Shown here in pieces: positions 49,597-58,078 of a DNA stretch of 64,000 nt. Each line of letters starts with the position of its first letter. Positions within the stretch are counted from its first letter, which is position 1. The position numbers and the translations under genes are program-made. This DNA is from an archaeon 13_1_40CM_2_52_13 (GTDB lineage Archaea; Thermoproteota; Bathyarchaeia; 40CM-2-53-6): the NCBI GenBank assembly GCA_001919285.1, contig MNHO01000049.1, forward strand, positions 17,746 to 81,745. The letters are read 5' to 3'. Below the pieces are notes generated by a model. The model was not told the DNA's origin. It saw only the letters and a program-made list of their open reading frames with translations, and ran no database searches.

Positions 49597-49969
49597 TCGA
49601 GAATAAGATAACAGAAAAAAAAATAGTTAACAGAAAAGAAAAGATAACAAATCGGCTCGGCTCCAACGGTGAGGGGTTCTCCAAAGACCTGTTTTGTGTC
49701 GTGAGGATAAGTTGCTTTTGAGAATTCCTGGTTGGTAACGGGTTTGGTAACCGTGACTGGTAGCGTTGAGGGTTGGGAATCGAGATCTGGGCTTGCACTG
49801 ATGGGTTCTTGGGTCCGAATCTTTCCTGTAGGGCTTCAGGTGCCCCATCAGTACGAATGGCTAGCGGGTGTTAGTGGCTTCAGCAGAGTTCATAGTTTGT
49901 CTTTCGTGCTGGATTTTTGGGGTTGAACTTTGCAACAATATACCTTTTTTAGTAGAATAGCGTCACGGA

Positions 49970-50419
49970 GTGTCTACAAGAATGCCCCATATCGAAACCA
50001 CGGACCTCTCCTTCATAGCCGACAGAGTGCAACCTCAGACCTGGACCCTGTTCCAGGTCCTGAGAACTAGAATGAGACAAATGAAGGGCGTGACCATGAA
50101 GGTTCAGTATGAGAAGCACACGAGGGAACCGATACCCGCGTTCTACTATGGCAGCAGACAGCTCTTCCATGTCCATGCTAGAGGAGAAGAGATCAGCGCA
50201 ACACTCCACACCGACCAGAAAGCCCGGACCAAGATAGCCGAAGACCAGTCAATTGATTGGAGAGCCAGAGACCAGGTCAAGAAGCGGACTTGGGCAGCCT
50301 TTACCCTGCGATCCTCGAAGGACCTGGTTCCTTTCATGGAGCTCGTGCGGGCAAAATACGACATGATCAATCAAGAGGCCTCGGGCAAACAGGAAGAGCA
50401 GCGCCCTGTAGCATTCTAG
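49970..50419 (+). CDS. Hypothetical protein.
   Basis: 149-aa ORF with a TATA-like AT-rich element about 25 nt upstream. No recognisable motif. Confidence 0.35.
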   Translation: MSTRMPHIETTDLSFIADRVQPQTWTLFQVLRTRMRQMKGVTMKVQYEKHTREPIPAFYYGSRQLFHVHARGEEISATLHTDQKARTKIAEDQSIDWRARDQVKKRTWAAFTLRSSKDLVPFMELVRAKYDMINQEASGKQEEQRPVAF

Positions 50420-50542
50420 TCGTTCGCTCCGACCCTGCTCACTAACTGATGCCAGCGCAGCAGTATTACTTGAAGCCAAACCGCGGCGAGACGAATACGG
50501 GTCAGTCTATCTTCAGATAGATCCGGTTACTTTCCCTGTTGT

Positions 50543-52531
50543 TCAGCGTGGTCGAGCAGGGGGTCCTTTGATCGGTGGAGGCTTCGGCCTATTCTCGCCC
50601 GATTCAGAGCTATGAAATAGGTGATGCTGGGCCAAGAAGTCGAAAAACCGTTTCTTCAACAGTCTGAAGCGCGAAACCCGGAAGACGAATCCTCTGGTCC
50701 GGTCGATCTGGAAAGACACCGAATCCGACGAGATCCGTCTCCTCTCCATCTTCGGAACCGATAGGAATCGATGCGATTTTCCTCTAGACCTGACAATACC
50801 AAGTTCGAAAACACCATCAGCCATGGTCTTGAGCTTGGCTGCAGCATCGTCAGGTATCGCGCCCCTTGAAGCAGTCTCTATGAACAGTCCACCGGTCTTT
50901 TTCACTTTCGCACCGAGAGTCTGAATGAAATTAATCGCCTGTTTATCATCAACCCCGTTGAAAATCGGCGTAAGCGAGTCCAACACCACAGTTAGTGGGC
51001 CTCCCTTCGTCTTGGCGATAAACGCCGTAATCTGAATATTTAGCTCGGTGAGGTCTGACGGGTCCTTAATGGCCCCTTCGCCCTGTCCCGCCAATCCGGA
51101 ATAGCAGTCGATGATCTTCAAACGGCCCTTTCTCAGATGAGAGATGATGTCCCAGCCAAATTCTGTCATTCTGGCTTGTACATCTTCAGGGAACGCGTCG
51201 TAAGATAACAGAGCACATAATCGGCCTGATTCCAACTCATCGTGAAGCAGTTGGTAAGAGAGTATCGTCTTCCCGCTTCCGGCGTCCCCCAGGAGAAGTA
51301 TGCTTGCACCTCTAGGCAACGGTCCCCCCATCATCTGCTCCAAATGCTGGAACCCTTCGAGGGAGGTATCAAACCGTCTTACAGTAACGATCCCCCCCAA
51401 GACTGCTACGATTCCTGCGACTACGAAAGGCCAATAGCTCAAAGGCGAAGTTACAACTTGTAATGGAACAGAGGTTACTAGGTCAGGCCCTGTGTTTCCG
51501 GATCCGTCGTTTATGCTGTTTGGGCTCACGGCTAAAATCCACGTTCCGCTTGGATCGAAGGCGGAGACTGGGTAGCCAGTGGATGTGTAGAATCCGAAAC
51601 GGGAAGTGTCATACGCAGCGGTGAGATTTGCGATGAGTGAGCCGGAAGGGTTTCTGAGGCCTACTGCGTATTGTCCCGAGGTCAAGTACGAGGTGCCGAT
51701 AGAGTATTTTATTCGGAAGAAGGCGTGGATAGTGTCTCCGGGAGAGAAGCTTGTCGAGGGATCTCCTTTCGAGTTATAGGCGACCAAGGAGTCGACAATC
51801 AGGTCGTTCTTTGCGATTGTAATGTTTACCGGAGAACTCATGCCAGAGTTTCCTATGTTATCGCTGGCTTGAACAACTATCGTCCATGTTCCGATTGGAT
51901 CTGAGCTGGACACCAGATAGTTATAGGTGTAGACTCCAGGGCTTGTCTGCTGCAGCGTCAGTGGCGCATTCAATGGGCTGTTTGTATAAACGGTTGCCGC
52001 ATTGTCGGGTCCGCTGAGAGCTGTTACGGTCGCGATGATGGTTGCGGTTTGTCCCCTCTGCACAACATTTCCTTGAACTGGCTCCGAAATGACCACGTTC
52101 AACTTCGAGCTAACAGTGAAGGTGCCTGTAACCACGGTGCCGATGTTGGTTGGAGAGGTTTGGTTCACATATACATTGTAGACGCCTCCTACATCAGTTG
52201 CAACCGTGCCGGTCGAGGCGGTAAATGACGGGTCGGGATAGAATTGCGTCACGGCTCCGTTTCCACGATTGTCAGTAGTTACTGTCTTGGGTACGGTCGC
52301 GCTCCCAGTACCGTTGGGTTTTACGACATCGAACATGACGATATATGCGCTATTCCTCGTCCCTCCTGAAACGGTCAGGGTCATTGTAATCGTGCTGCCA
52401 AGACTGACAGGGACGCTAGGGTTGATCGTAAGATTGTATGGAGCTACTCCCTCGACGAGTGGAGCTGCTGCTAGGGAGAGGGTTAGAGCCAGGGCTACCA
52501 GGGGAATTAAGGCGCGTAGTCTGGTCAGCAT
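50543..52531 (-). CDS. Membrane protein fusing a signal peptide, a roughly 380-aa Thr/Ser-rich extracellular beta-rich domain, a single TM helix and a cytoplasmic KaiC/RecA-like ATPase domain.
   Basis: 662 aa. N-terminal signal MLTRLRALIPLVALALTLSLAAAP. Repetitive T/S/N/V-rich ectodomain. TM helix WPFVVAGIVAVLGGIVTV. Then Walker A ILLLGDAGSGKT, a Walker B-like LTVVLDS, and KaiC/RadA-type blocks (..RLCALLSYDAFPEDV.. IIDCYSGL..). Confidence 0.6.
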   Translation of the reverse strand: MLTRLRALIPLVALALTLSLAAAPLVEGVAPYNLTINPSVPVSLGSTITMTLTVSGGTRNSAYIVMFDVVKPNGTGSATVPKTVTTDNRGNGAVTQFYPDPSFTASTGTVATDVGGVYNVYVNQTSPTNIGTVVTGTFTVSSKLNVVISEPVQGNVVQRGQTATIIATVTALSGPDNAATVYTNSPLNAPLTLQQTSPGVYTYNYLVSSSDPIGTWTIVVQASDNIGNSGMSSPVNITIAKNDLIVDSLVAYNSKGDPSTSFSPGDTIHAFFRIKYSIGTSYLTSGQYAVGLRNPSGSLIANLTAAYDTSRFGFYTSTGYPVSAFDPSGTWILAVSPNSINDGSGNTGPDLVTSVPLQVVTSPLSYWPFVVAGIVAVLGGIVTVRRFDTSLEGFQHLEQMMGGPLPRGASILLLGDAGSGKTILSYQLLHDELESGRLCALLSYDAFPEDVQARMTEFGWDIISHLRKGRLKIIDCYSGLAGQGEGAIKDPSDLTELNIQITAFIAKTKGGPLTVVLDSLTPIFNGVDDKQAINFIQTLGAKVKKTGGLFIETASRGAIPDDAAAKLKTMADGVFELGIVRSRGKSHRFLSVPKMERRRISSDSVSFQIDRTRGFVFRVSRFRLLKKRFFDFLAQHHLFHSSESGENRPKPPPIKGPPARPR

Positions 52532-52746
52532 CTAGTGTCGACGGCCGAGGGTATTTCTCCAGAGGAAGCGTCGAGGGCGTGCCGCGGAAGGGTTGTGTTA
52601 CCGTGAGAGAATTAGAGTAGGAACACCCCCTAGTCAGACACAAGGGAGTCTTTGCTTCTCAAATCGCAAGAATGCTGGTTCAATGCGAAAACTCCGACAA
52701 TCTTTATTAGAAATCTTCGAGTTGCGGCGCACTTGGCGGGTCTTCT

Positions 52747-52898
52747 GGGCCCGTAAGCCGGATCATCGAAGGTCTGGCCGGGCGGCTCAGCCAGGTAGAG
52801 CAGCAGGCTCAACGAGGCTGAAGCTCTTAACCTGAAGAACGAGCCTACGAGTCTCGTTCGGGGAACGGTCGAGGGTTCAAATCCCTCCGGGCCCGCCA
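52747..52898 (+). tRNA. tRNA gene with encoded CCA and about 60 nt of extra internal sequence, probably multiple introns. The anticodon is unresolved; a candidate loop CUGAAG would give Phe-GAA.
   Basis: The 5' acceptor GGGCCCG (52747-53) pairs perfectly with CGGGCCC (52888-94), followed by discriminator G and CCA. The T-arm is GAGGG-TTCAAAT-CCCTC (52871-87). The D-arm GCTC-AGCCAGGTA-GAGC sits at 52785-52801. A class-II-like hairpin CGTTC-GGG-GAACG lies before the T-arm. About 29 nt are inserted between position 8/9 and the D-stem, and about 27-30 nt are inserted in the anticodon region. Confidence 0.55.
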
Positions 52899-52981
52899 CA
52901 ACCCAACCAAGGACCTTCCCTCTAGGCGGGCTAGTTTCATAGGAAAGCGAACCATTACTAGACTTGGTTCACTCGAGCGCT

Positions 52982-53131
52982 ATGAAAAGCATTCAAAAGA
53001 AACCCAAGATTGTAGAGCGTTCCTGTACGAAGCACGGCGTTTACACTGGACCGTATTGCCCTGAATGTTATGAGAAAGCGATGGGTTCCTACGAACCACC
53101 GGTCTTGGATGAGAAGTCACAGTCCGACTAA
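52982..53131 (+). CDS. Small zinc-ribbon ORF of 49 aa, below the ORF-track cutoff.
   Basis: The sequence is MKSIQKKPKIVERSCTKHGVYTGPYCPECYEKAMGSYEPPVLDEKSQSD, with a C-x2-H...C-P-x-C pattern. It is weakly supported. Confidence 0.2.
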   Translation: MKSIQKKPKIVERSCTKHGVYTGPYCPECYEKAMGSYEPPVLDEKSQSD

Positions 53132-53706
53132 AAATAGAGAACGCCTTTGTTGTGCTAGTCAGGGTCAACTAGTGAAAATCCAATTTGAGCAGGAAGTTCT
53201 ATCGCTTCGCGTGGACAAGGACTCCTTCTTCAGGAATGATATAGATTCCCCGATTCCACCAGACGAACGCCCCAACTCCAAAGGACTCAACTATTTTCCA
53301 CCCAACCCTGGCTACCGAGTCACTTCGAAGCTGGAAAGATTCGACACGCCAAAGGCACATCATGATGGCCACTAGCACGGGACCGCGACAAGCCTACTTG
53401 AGGTATGGAGCGCTCGCCTTTGAGATGGAGGGACGAAGTCTGAAATTAATTGTTTACAAGTCTGCTGAGGACCCTTACGCTCGGTCGCTCTTCATACCGT
53501 TCTCCGACGAGACATCTGGTCGCGTGACGTACGCGGCCGGAAGATATCTGGACCTTGAGGAGCAAGGCGGGGACGATTACGAACTGGATTTCAACGTGGC
53601 CTACAATCCCTATTGCGCCTATAGTGAAGAATATACTTGTCCGATACCTCCGGCCGAAAACAAGCTTCACATCAAGATTCTCGCCGGAGAGAAGAATTAC
53701 AAATAG
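53070..53706 (+). pseudogene. DUF1684-family gene split by a 1-nt frameshift near 53362-53375.
   Basis: ORF 53070..53375 carries the N-terminal DUF1684 blocks (KDSFFRND..SPIPP...F.GLNYFPPNPGYRVTSKLER). ORF 53362..53706, in a different frame, carries ATSTGPRQAYLRYGALAF...FIPFSDETSGRVTYAAGRYLD...YELDFNVAYNPYCAYSEEYTCPIPPAENKLHIKILAGEKN. The two halves are contiguous in family alignments. Confidence 0.6.
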
Positions 53707-53733
53707 GATGAGCTGACGGTAGAACCGAGAACT

Positions 53734-54237
53734 ATGACGACCCGAATGACCGACTATTCACCGGACTTTGACACTCTGGAAAAGATGGAGTGGGCCTTTT
53801 CGAAAGGCGACGTGGCCTACATTAGCAAGGTCCTGGATAGTCGACCTAGCCTAGTCCTTAGGATCCATGGAGTCTGTATGCTGGCCGATATGAAGAGAGA
53901 GGACGCGATTCCGGCGCTGGCCCGAGCCCTCAGAGAAGACCCGAGTCCGCTGGTCAGGCACGAAGCGGCGTTCGCTATGGGACAATTAGAGTTCAAGTCG
54001 GGAGTGCCCTCGCTGCTAGAGGCCATGGCAAGAGACGAGAGCGTTCTTGTCAGACACGAGTCAGCAGTAGCACTAGGCTCGATCGGCGACGAAAGAGCTA
54101 GACCGGGACTGATGACAGCCTTGGAAGATGTCGACGAGGACGTGAGACTGTCTGCCGAGGTCGCATTGGCTGATCTAGAGTTCCTAAGGAGACTAAGAAC
54201 CAGGACGGAAATTCAACCCATTGCCGAGACCGGCTAG
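53734..54237 (+). CDS. HEAT/PBS-lyase repeat protein.
   Basis: 167 aa with repeated ...DPSPLVRHEAAFAMGQL... and ..DESVLVRHESAVALGSIGD.. units, then ..DEDVRLSAEVALA. Confidence 0.6.
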   Translation: MTTRMTDYSPDFDTLEKMEWAFSKGDVAYISKVLDSRPSLVLRIHGVCMLADMKREDAIPALARALREDPSPLVRHEAAFAMGQLEFKSGVPSLLEAMARDESVLVRHESAVALGSIGDERARPGLMTALEDVDEDVRLSAEVALADLEFLRRLRTRTEIQPIAETG

Positions 54238-55344
54238 TTGACCTCTCGGAAGACAACACCCGCCAAGCGTCAGGTTGAGAGGCCTAGCGTCCGCGTTCCT
54301 CGGTCAAAGGCCCAACCTGCCATACAGAGCTTGATTAAGACTGGAATTCTTGATAGACAATTTTCCGTAATAACAGACGATCAGACGGTCGCCCTACCGC
54401 TGATGCGCGACCCGAATGAGATTGAGATTGACGAGTTGCGGAAGCTCGTTCCAAGCGCGAGTTTGGGGGTCGAAGATTTCGAACCTCGGAAGAGGCACCC
54501 GCGAACCTTCGAAGAAGCTCTAGCAGAGCGTTTGTCGCCCGATATTCTCTCCAGATTGCCGAAGTCCTTCGATGTCGTGGGCGACATTACAATTCTTGAA
54601 CTAGATTCGGGATTGGCCGTGTACGAGACAGTCATAGCTGGAGCGATAATGGAGGTTCATCCGAACGTGCGGGCGGTCTTCGCAAAGAGCGGAGAAGTCT
54701 CTGGAGCTGAGAGAATAAGGCCTCTCCGCTACATCGCCGGAGAGAACAGAACCCATACAATTCACAAAGAGTATGGGTGTCTGTTCAAAGTAGATTTGTC
54801 GAAAGCCTTCTTCTCGCCACGACTCTCCACCGAGCATCAGAGGGTTGCGCAGATGGTCGAGAAGGGTGAACGAGTTATAGACATGTTTGCTGGAGTTGGA
54901 CCATTCTCAATCTTGACTGCGAAAAGGCTTGACGAAGTCAGGGTGGAGGCGATCGACTCCAATCCGCAAGCGGTAGAACTACTCCAAGAAAACGTGCGAG
55001 CAAACAAGGTCGAATCGAAGGTCCACGCCCACTTCGGGGATGCACGGGAGGTCATCCGAAAGGAGCTTTTTCAAAGTGCGAGTCGGGTGATAATGAACCA
55101 TCCATCCGCATCAAAGGACTTCGTCAAAGAGGCTTGTGCCGCGCTCCAGCCTTCGGGCGGCACTATCCACTACTACACTTTCGCAGGAGAAAATTGGGAA
55201 ACAGATTCTCGTAACGATATCGAACATGTGGTCAAAGAGTCAGGCTACGTTGCGGAAAGAGTCTTAGGGATTCATAGGGTTCGAGAAGTGGCCCCTATGA
55301 GATGGCAGGTCGCAGTCGACCTCGAAGTCGCCCGCGGTCAATAG
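54238..55344 (+). CDS. trm5: tRNA (guanine37-N1)-methyltransferase, Trm5/Taw2 family.
   Basis: 368 aa. The class-I MTase core carries the SAM motif VIDMFAGVGPFSI and NHPSAS..F. Confidence 0.8.
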   Translation: MTSRKTTPAKRQVERPSVRVPRSKAQPAIQSLIKTGILDRQFSVITDDQTVALPLMRDPNEIEIDELRKLVPSASLGVEDFEPRKRHPRTFEEALAERLSPDILSRLPKSFDVVGDITILELDSGLAVYETVIAGAIMEVHPNVRAVFAKSGEVSGAERIRPLRYIAGENRTHTIHKEYGCLFKVDLSKAFFSPRLSTEHQRVAQMVEKGERVIDMFAGVGPFSILTAKRLDEVRVEAIDSNPQAVELLQENVRANKVESKVHAHFGDAREVIRKELFQSASRVIMNHPSASKDFVKEACAALQPSGGTIHYYTFAGENWETDSRNDIEHVVKESGYVAERVLGIHRVREVAPMRWQVAVDLEVARGQ

Positions 55345-55774
55345 CAGAGATTCCAACTGTCACCCGACTAGTCGGGTCCTGAAGTAATCGGACCATGTCT
55401 CGAGGGATGTCCATCGAGGATTTGTCCGCATGGATCATCAGAGTTCGATCAGAAGTGAAGCCGCTTTTTCTGACGACTAAGTCCGTCTCGTGAGAGAAGG
55501 TTAGTCGAGGGTCTCCTTTGCCCTCCACGGTGAATTCGAAAGGCCCAACCTGCAGCCGTAGTCGGCCACGCCCGTTCGAACTCGAGAGAACTCGCTTCAA
55601 ATCTACTGGTAGGTCTCGAACGGCGCTGGAGGATTTCACCGCGACTACGCAGTCTCCTCGATGAGTCAGCTCACGGCTCGTCGTTATCTCTAGTGTGGTC
55701 GGATGCGTAGAGAGGATGGCAGGATGACCGTACGCATGAAAGATCAATGCGGGACCCCGAGGAGGAGTGAACAT
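55295..55774 (-). CDS. DUF371-family conserved archaeal protein.
   Basis: 159 aa. YGHPAILSTHPTTLEITTSRELTHRGDCVVAVKSS...LTFSHETDLVVRKSGFTSDRTLMIHADK matches the DUF371 pattern. Confidence 0.55.
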   Translation of the reverse strand: MFTPPRGPALIFHAYGHPAILSTHPTTLEITTSRELTHRGDCVVAVKSSSAVRDLPVDLKRVLSSSNGRGRLRLQVGPFEFTVEGKGDPRLTFSHETDLVVRKSGFTSDRTLMIHADKSSMDIPRDMVRLLQDPTSRVTVGISAIDRGRLRGRLRPAIS

Positions 55775-55857
55775 TTCATGCTAAATATCCTTCAAAACTA
55801 GAAAGTTATCGGAGGGAGATAGCCAGGTCAGTCAACTTCGCCAATGAAAGGGAGAGA

Positions 55858-56512
55858 ATGGTTCAGAGACTAATCAGCGAAGGACTTCTCCGATCACCCG
55901 AAGTGATCGAGGCATTAAGGAAGGTTCCGAGGGAATTGTTCGTCTCGGACGAGCTTCGCGCTTACGCCTACAACGATACTCCGCTGCCGACCGATCGAGG
56001 TCAGACCATCAGTGCGCCACACGGTACCGAAAGCCGGGCGATACATGGTGGCCATAATGAACCAAGCACTGGAACTGAGAATCGGCGACAAAGTACTGGA
56101 GGTAGGCGCGGGCAGCGGCTACCACGCCGCTACAGTTGCAGAGCAGATCGGACCCCAAGGTCGCGTCTACACGATAGAACTAGTCCCTGATCTAGTCAAG
56201 GCTGCACGGTCCAACCTAGAGAAAGCTGGCTATTCTGACCGTGTAATCTTAACCCAGGGTGATGGGTCGCTAGGGTACCCAGATCGAGCTCCCTACGACA
56301 GAATAGTCGTTACTGCGGCAGCGCCCAAGATTCCCCAACCTCTAGTTGGACAACTACGATCAGGAGGGATTCTAGTGATCCCTGTTGGCGGCCGCCTGTT
56401 TCCCCAAGAACTCGTAAAAGTCCGGAAAGATGAGAAGGGACGGATTGAACGAACCTCTCTGGGAGGAGTCGCCTTCGTCCCGTTGATCGGGCAGGAAGGA
56501 TTCGACTCATAG
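55858..56512 (+). pseudogene. pcm: Protein-L-isoaspartate O-methyltransferase disrupted by a 22-nt insertion at 56023..56044, inside the conserved SAPH-M motif.
   Basis: Frame 1 reads ...NDTPLPTDRGQTISAPH and then nonsense. The second frame resumes exactly at MVAIMNQALELRIGDKVLEVGAGSGYHAATVAEQIG...VAFVPLIGQEGF. Removing 22 nt restores the canonical GQTISAPHMVAIM. Confidence 0.7.
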
Positions 56513-56575
56513 GAGTCCACTCATCGATTCCGCATTTTTATTGTGCTGAAATGTTGAGGTTGAACTGCGGGTACG

Positions 56576-57160
56576 GTGCCTACCACGGCCTTGAGTCAGA
56601 GACTGATGAGGCTGAAAGAGAACCTCTCATCCAATCCCCGATCAAGCACCGATGAAAGAGTGGATGCAGTTGTAGCCATTCTTCTTTACCAGGATTCTGC
56701 TGACGAACTCAGCACTCTTCTAATTCACCGTGTTGAGAGGAGTAGCGATCCCTGGTCGGGCCAAATTGGTCTTCCTGGCGGCAGAGTTGAGAAGTTCGAT
56801 GGTTCTACACAGGAAGCGTTGGAGAGAGAGGTCCGCGAGGAAGTGGGACTAGATTTAGGCAGAGAGGGAGAGCAACTGGGTGTTTTGAGTGTAGGTCATC
56901 CTGGAAGGCGTCTCGAAATGAAGGTTCAGCCATGGGTGTACGGCTTTCAACGTCGACCTGAGGTGACAACTGGACCAGAGATTCAGCAAGCGTTCTGGGT
57001 CTCGTTATCGCAGCTTCCTTCACTTAGGGGGACCTCAGAGGTCGATATCAGAGGAACACGAATGCCAGTTGATGCATTTCTGGTAGACGGAAAAGTCGTC
57101 TGGGGGTTTACGTACAGAGTACTGAACGAGATACTGGCTGTTCTTGGAGTACTGGGGTAA
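56576..57160 (+). CDS. NUDIX hydrolase (CoA pyrophosphatase-like).
   Basis: 194 aa with the Nudix box GLPGGRVEKFDGSTQEALEREVREEVGL. Confidence 0.75.
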   Translation: MPTTALSQRLMRLKENLSSNPRSSTDERVDAVVAILLYQDSADELSTLLIHRVERSSDPWSGQIGLPGGRVEKFDGSTQEALEREVREEVGLDLGREGEQLGVLSVGHPGRRLEMKVQPWVYGFQRRPEVTTGPEIQQAFWVSLSQLPSLRGTSEVDIRGTRMPVDAFLVDGKVVWGFTYRVLNEILAVLGVLG

Positions 57161-58045
57161 TTACTGAGATAGACTTGCCATAGGGAGAAGCAGTGGGTCC
57201 GGCGCGGGCGTTCTTTCTTTCCCAGGGTAGCCCTTCAAGTCCAAAGTGACAGTCATGAAACCTAACTGCTTGAGCGCTCGGTCAATTTGGTCCATCACAG
57301 CTTCGTCAAAGAAAAGTCTCCTCTCTCCGGGGGCGACCTCGATTCTAGCGGAAGAGTTGCTGTAGCGGACTCGTAGATTCCTTACTCCTGTCAATTCTTT
57401 GACGTACAGTTCTGCTTGACCAATCATTCCAAGCTTGTCCGTGGTGACTTCTTCGCCATGAGTAATTCGGGAGGACAAGCAGGGCATTGCCGGTTTGTCC
57501 CAGACTGAAAGTCCTAGCATATGGGCGGTCTCTCGAACGTCTGCTTTTGAGAACGATGCTATCAGCAATGGGCTCTTCACTCCCGCTTCTTGGGCCGCTC
57601 TGAACCCGGGACGATCATCACTCAGATCATCAACTTGGGTCCCATCGAGAATCGCTTCAAGGCCTAGACTGTCCGCGAGGCTCCGTAGCTCCCGGTAGAG
57701 AGTATCTTTGCAATGGTAGCACCGGTCGGCGCGATTCGAGGTGTACTGGGGATTCTGAAGTTCGTCGGTCTGCACAACCACGTGCTTGATTCCGATTTCC
57801 TTCGCAGTCTCCTTGGCGATCTCCAATTCATGTGGAGGGAGCGATTCAGAGACTCCAGTAACTGCAACCGCATGATCGCCGAGCGCCTTACGTGCAAGGA
57901 GAGCAACAAGCGAGCTATCGACACCCGCTGACAACGCCACAACCGCTCCCTTGCTCAATCGAATCTGTGAAACAGCTGCGTCGAATTTCCGTTGAAGATC
58001 TTGCGGAAGTGATTCTCCCAAGTTCAGAGGAACATGGCCGCACAT
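57161..58045 (-). CDS. larE: PP-loop ATP pyrophosphatase of the LarE / TIGR00268 family.
   Basis: 294 aa. The PP-loop is VVALSAGVDSS, and the C-terminus carries a conserved Cys region (CYHCK...). Confidence 0.7.
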   Translation of the reverse strand: MCGHVPLNLGESLPQDLQRKFDAAVSQIRLSKGAVVALSAGVDSSLVALLARKALGDHAVAVTGVSESLPPHELEIAKETAKEIGIKHVVVQTDELQNPQYTSNRADRCYHCKDTLYRELRSLADSLGLEAILDGTQVDDLSDDRPGFRAAQEAGVKSPLLIASFSKADVRETAHMLGLSVWDKPAMPCLSSRITHGEEVTTDKLGMIGQAELYVKELTGVRNLRVRYSNSSARIEVAPGERRLFFDEAVMDQIDRALKQLGFMTVTLDLKGYPGKERTPAPDPLLLPMASLSQ

Positions 58046-58078
58046 TGTAATTTAAACTGTCCATCTGAAACTTTCTCT

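Noticed and set aside
49731-49775. CRISPR-like array suggested by roughly 11-nt tandem TGGTAAC-containing units.
   Set aside because: The units are too short and irregular, with no spacers of 30-40 nt, no longer repeats and no cas genes anywhere in the window.
49660-49930. SRP RNA or RNase P RNA candidate in the ORF-free region. The minus strand carries GGAAAGAUUCGGACC, loosely like the RNase P CR-I GGAAAGUCCGG. The plus strand has the GGCTTCAG direct repeat and an AGCAG element.
   Set aside because: Other universally conserved blocks are not found: the RNase P CR-II/III/V (A-G-G-G-U-G-A-A-A..., ACAGAA-CCGGCUUA) and the SRP helix-8 GGAAGG-AGCAGCC symmetry. The available length between candidate P4 strands is too short. 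It is kept only as a generic ncRNA or repeat candidate in the findings.
52532-53070. An integrated mobile element using the tRNA gene as an attachment site.
   Set aside because: There is no integrase, transposase or excisionase ORF, and no obvious direct repeat of the tRNA 3' end within the window. The neighbouring genes are ordinary or hypothetical small ORFs.
56016-56052. BHB-type mini-intron hypothesis for the 22-nt insertion in the PCMT gene. EndA is encoded in the window, and the flanking exon ends GCCAC/GTGGC can pair.
   Set aside because: With the splice point placed at any of the three equivalent positions, the 3' exon would need a 4-nt central-helix segment (CATG or GGTG) complementary to the first intron nucleotides after the bulge. 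No such complement (CATG or CACC) exists in the 22-mer, so a canonical or relaxed bulge-helix-bulge cannot be drawn. I treat it as an insertion or pseudogene, or an assembly error.
58034-58078. N-terminal 15 codons of the track ORF for larB (MAAHCNLNCPSETFS).
   Set aside because: This stretch overlaps the larE start on the other strand and is not part of the LarB family N-terminus. The start was moved to MATRDD at 58079.
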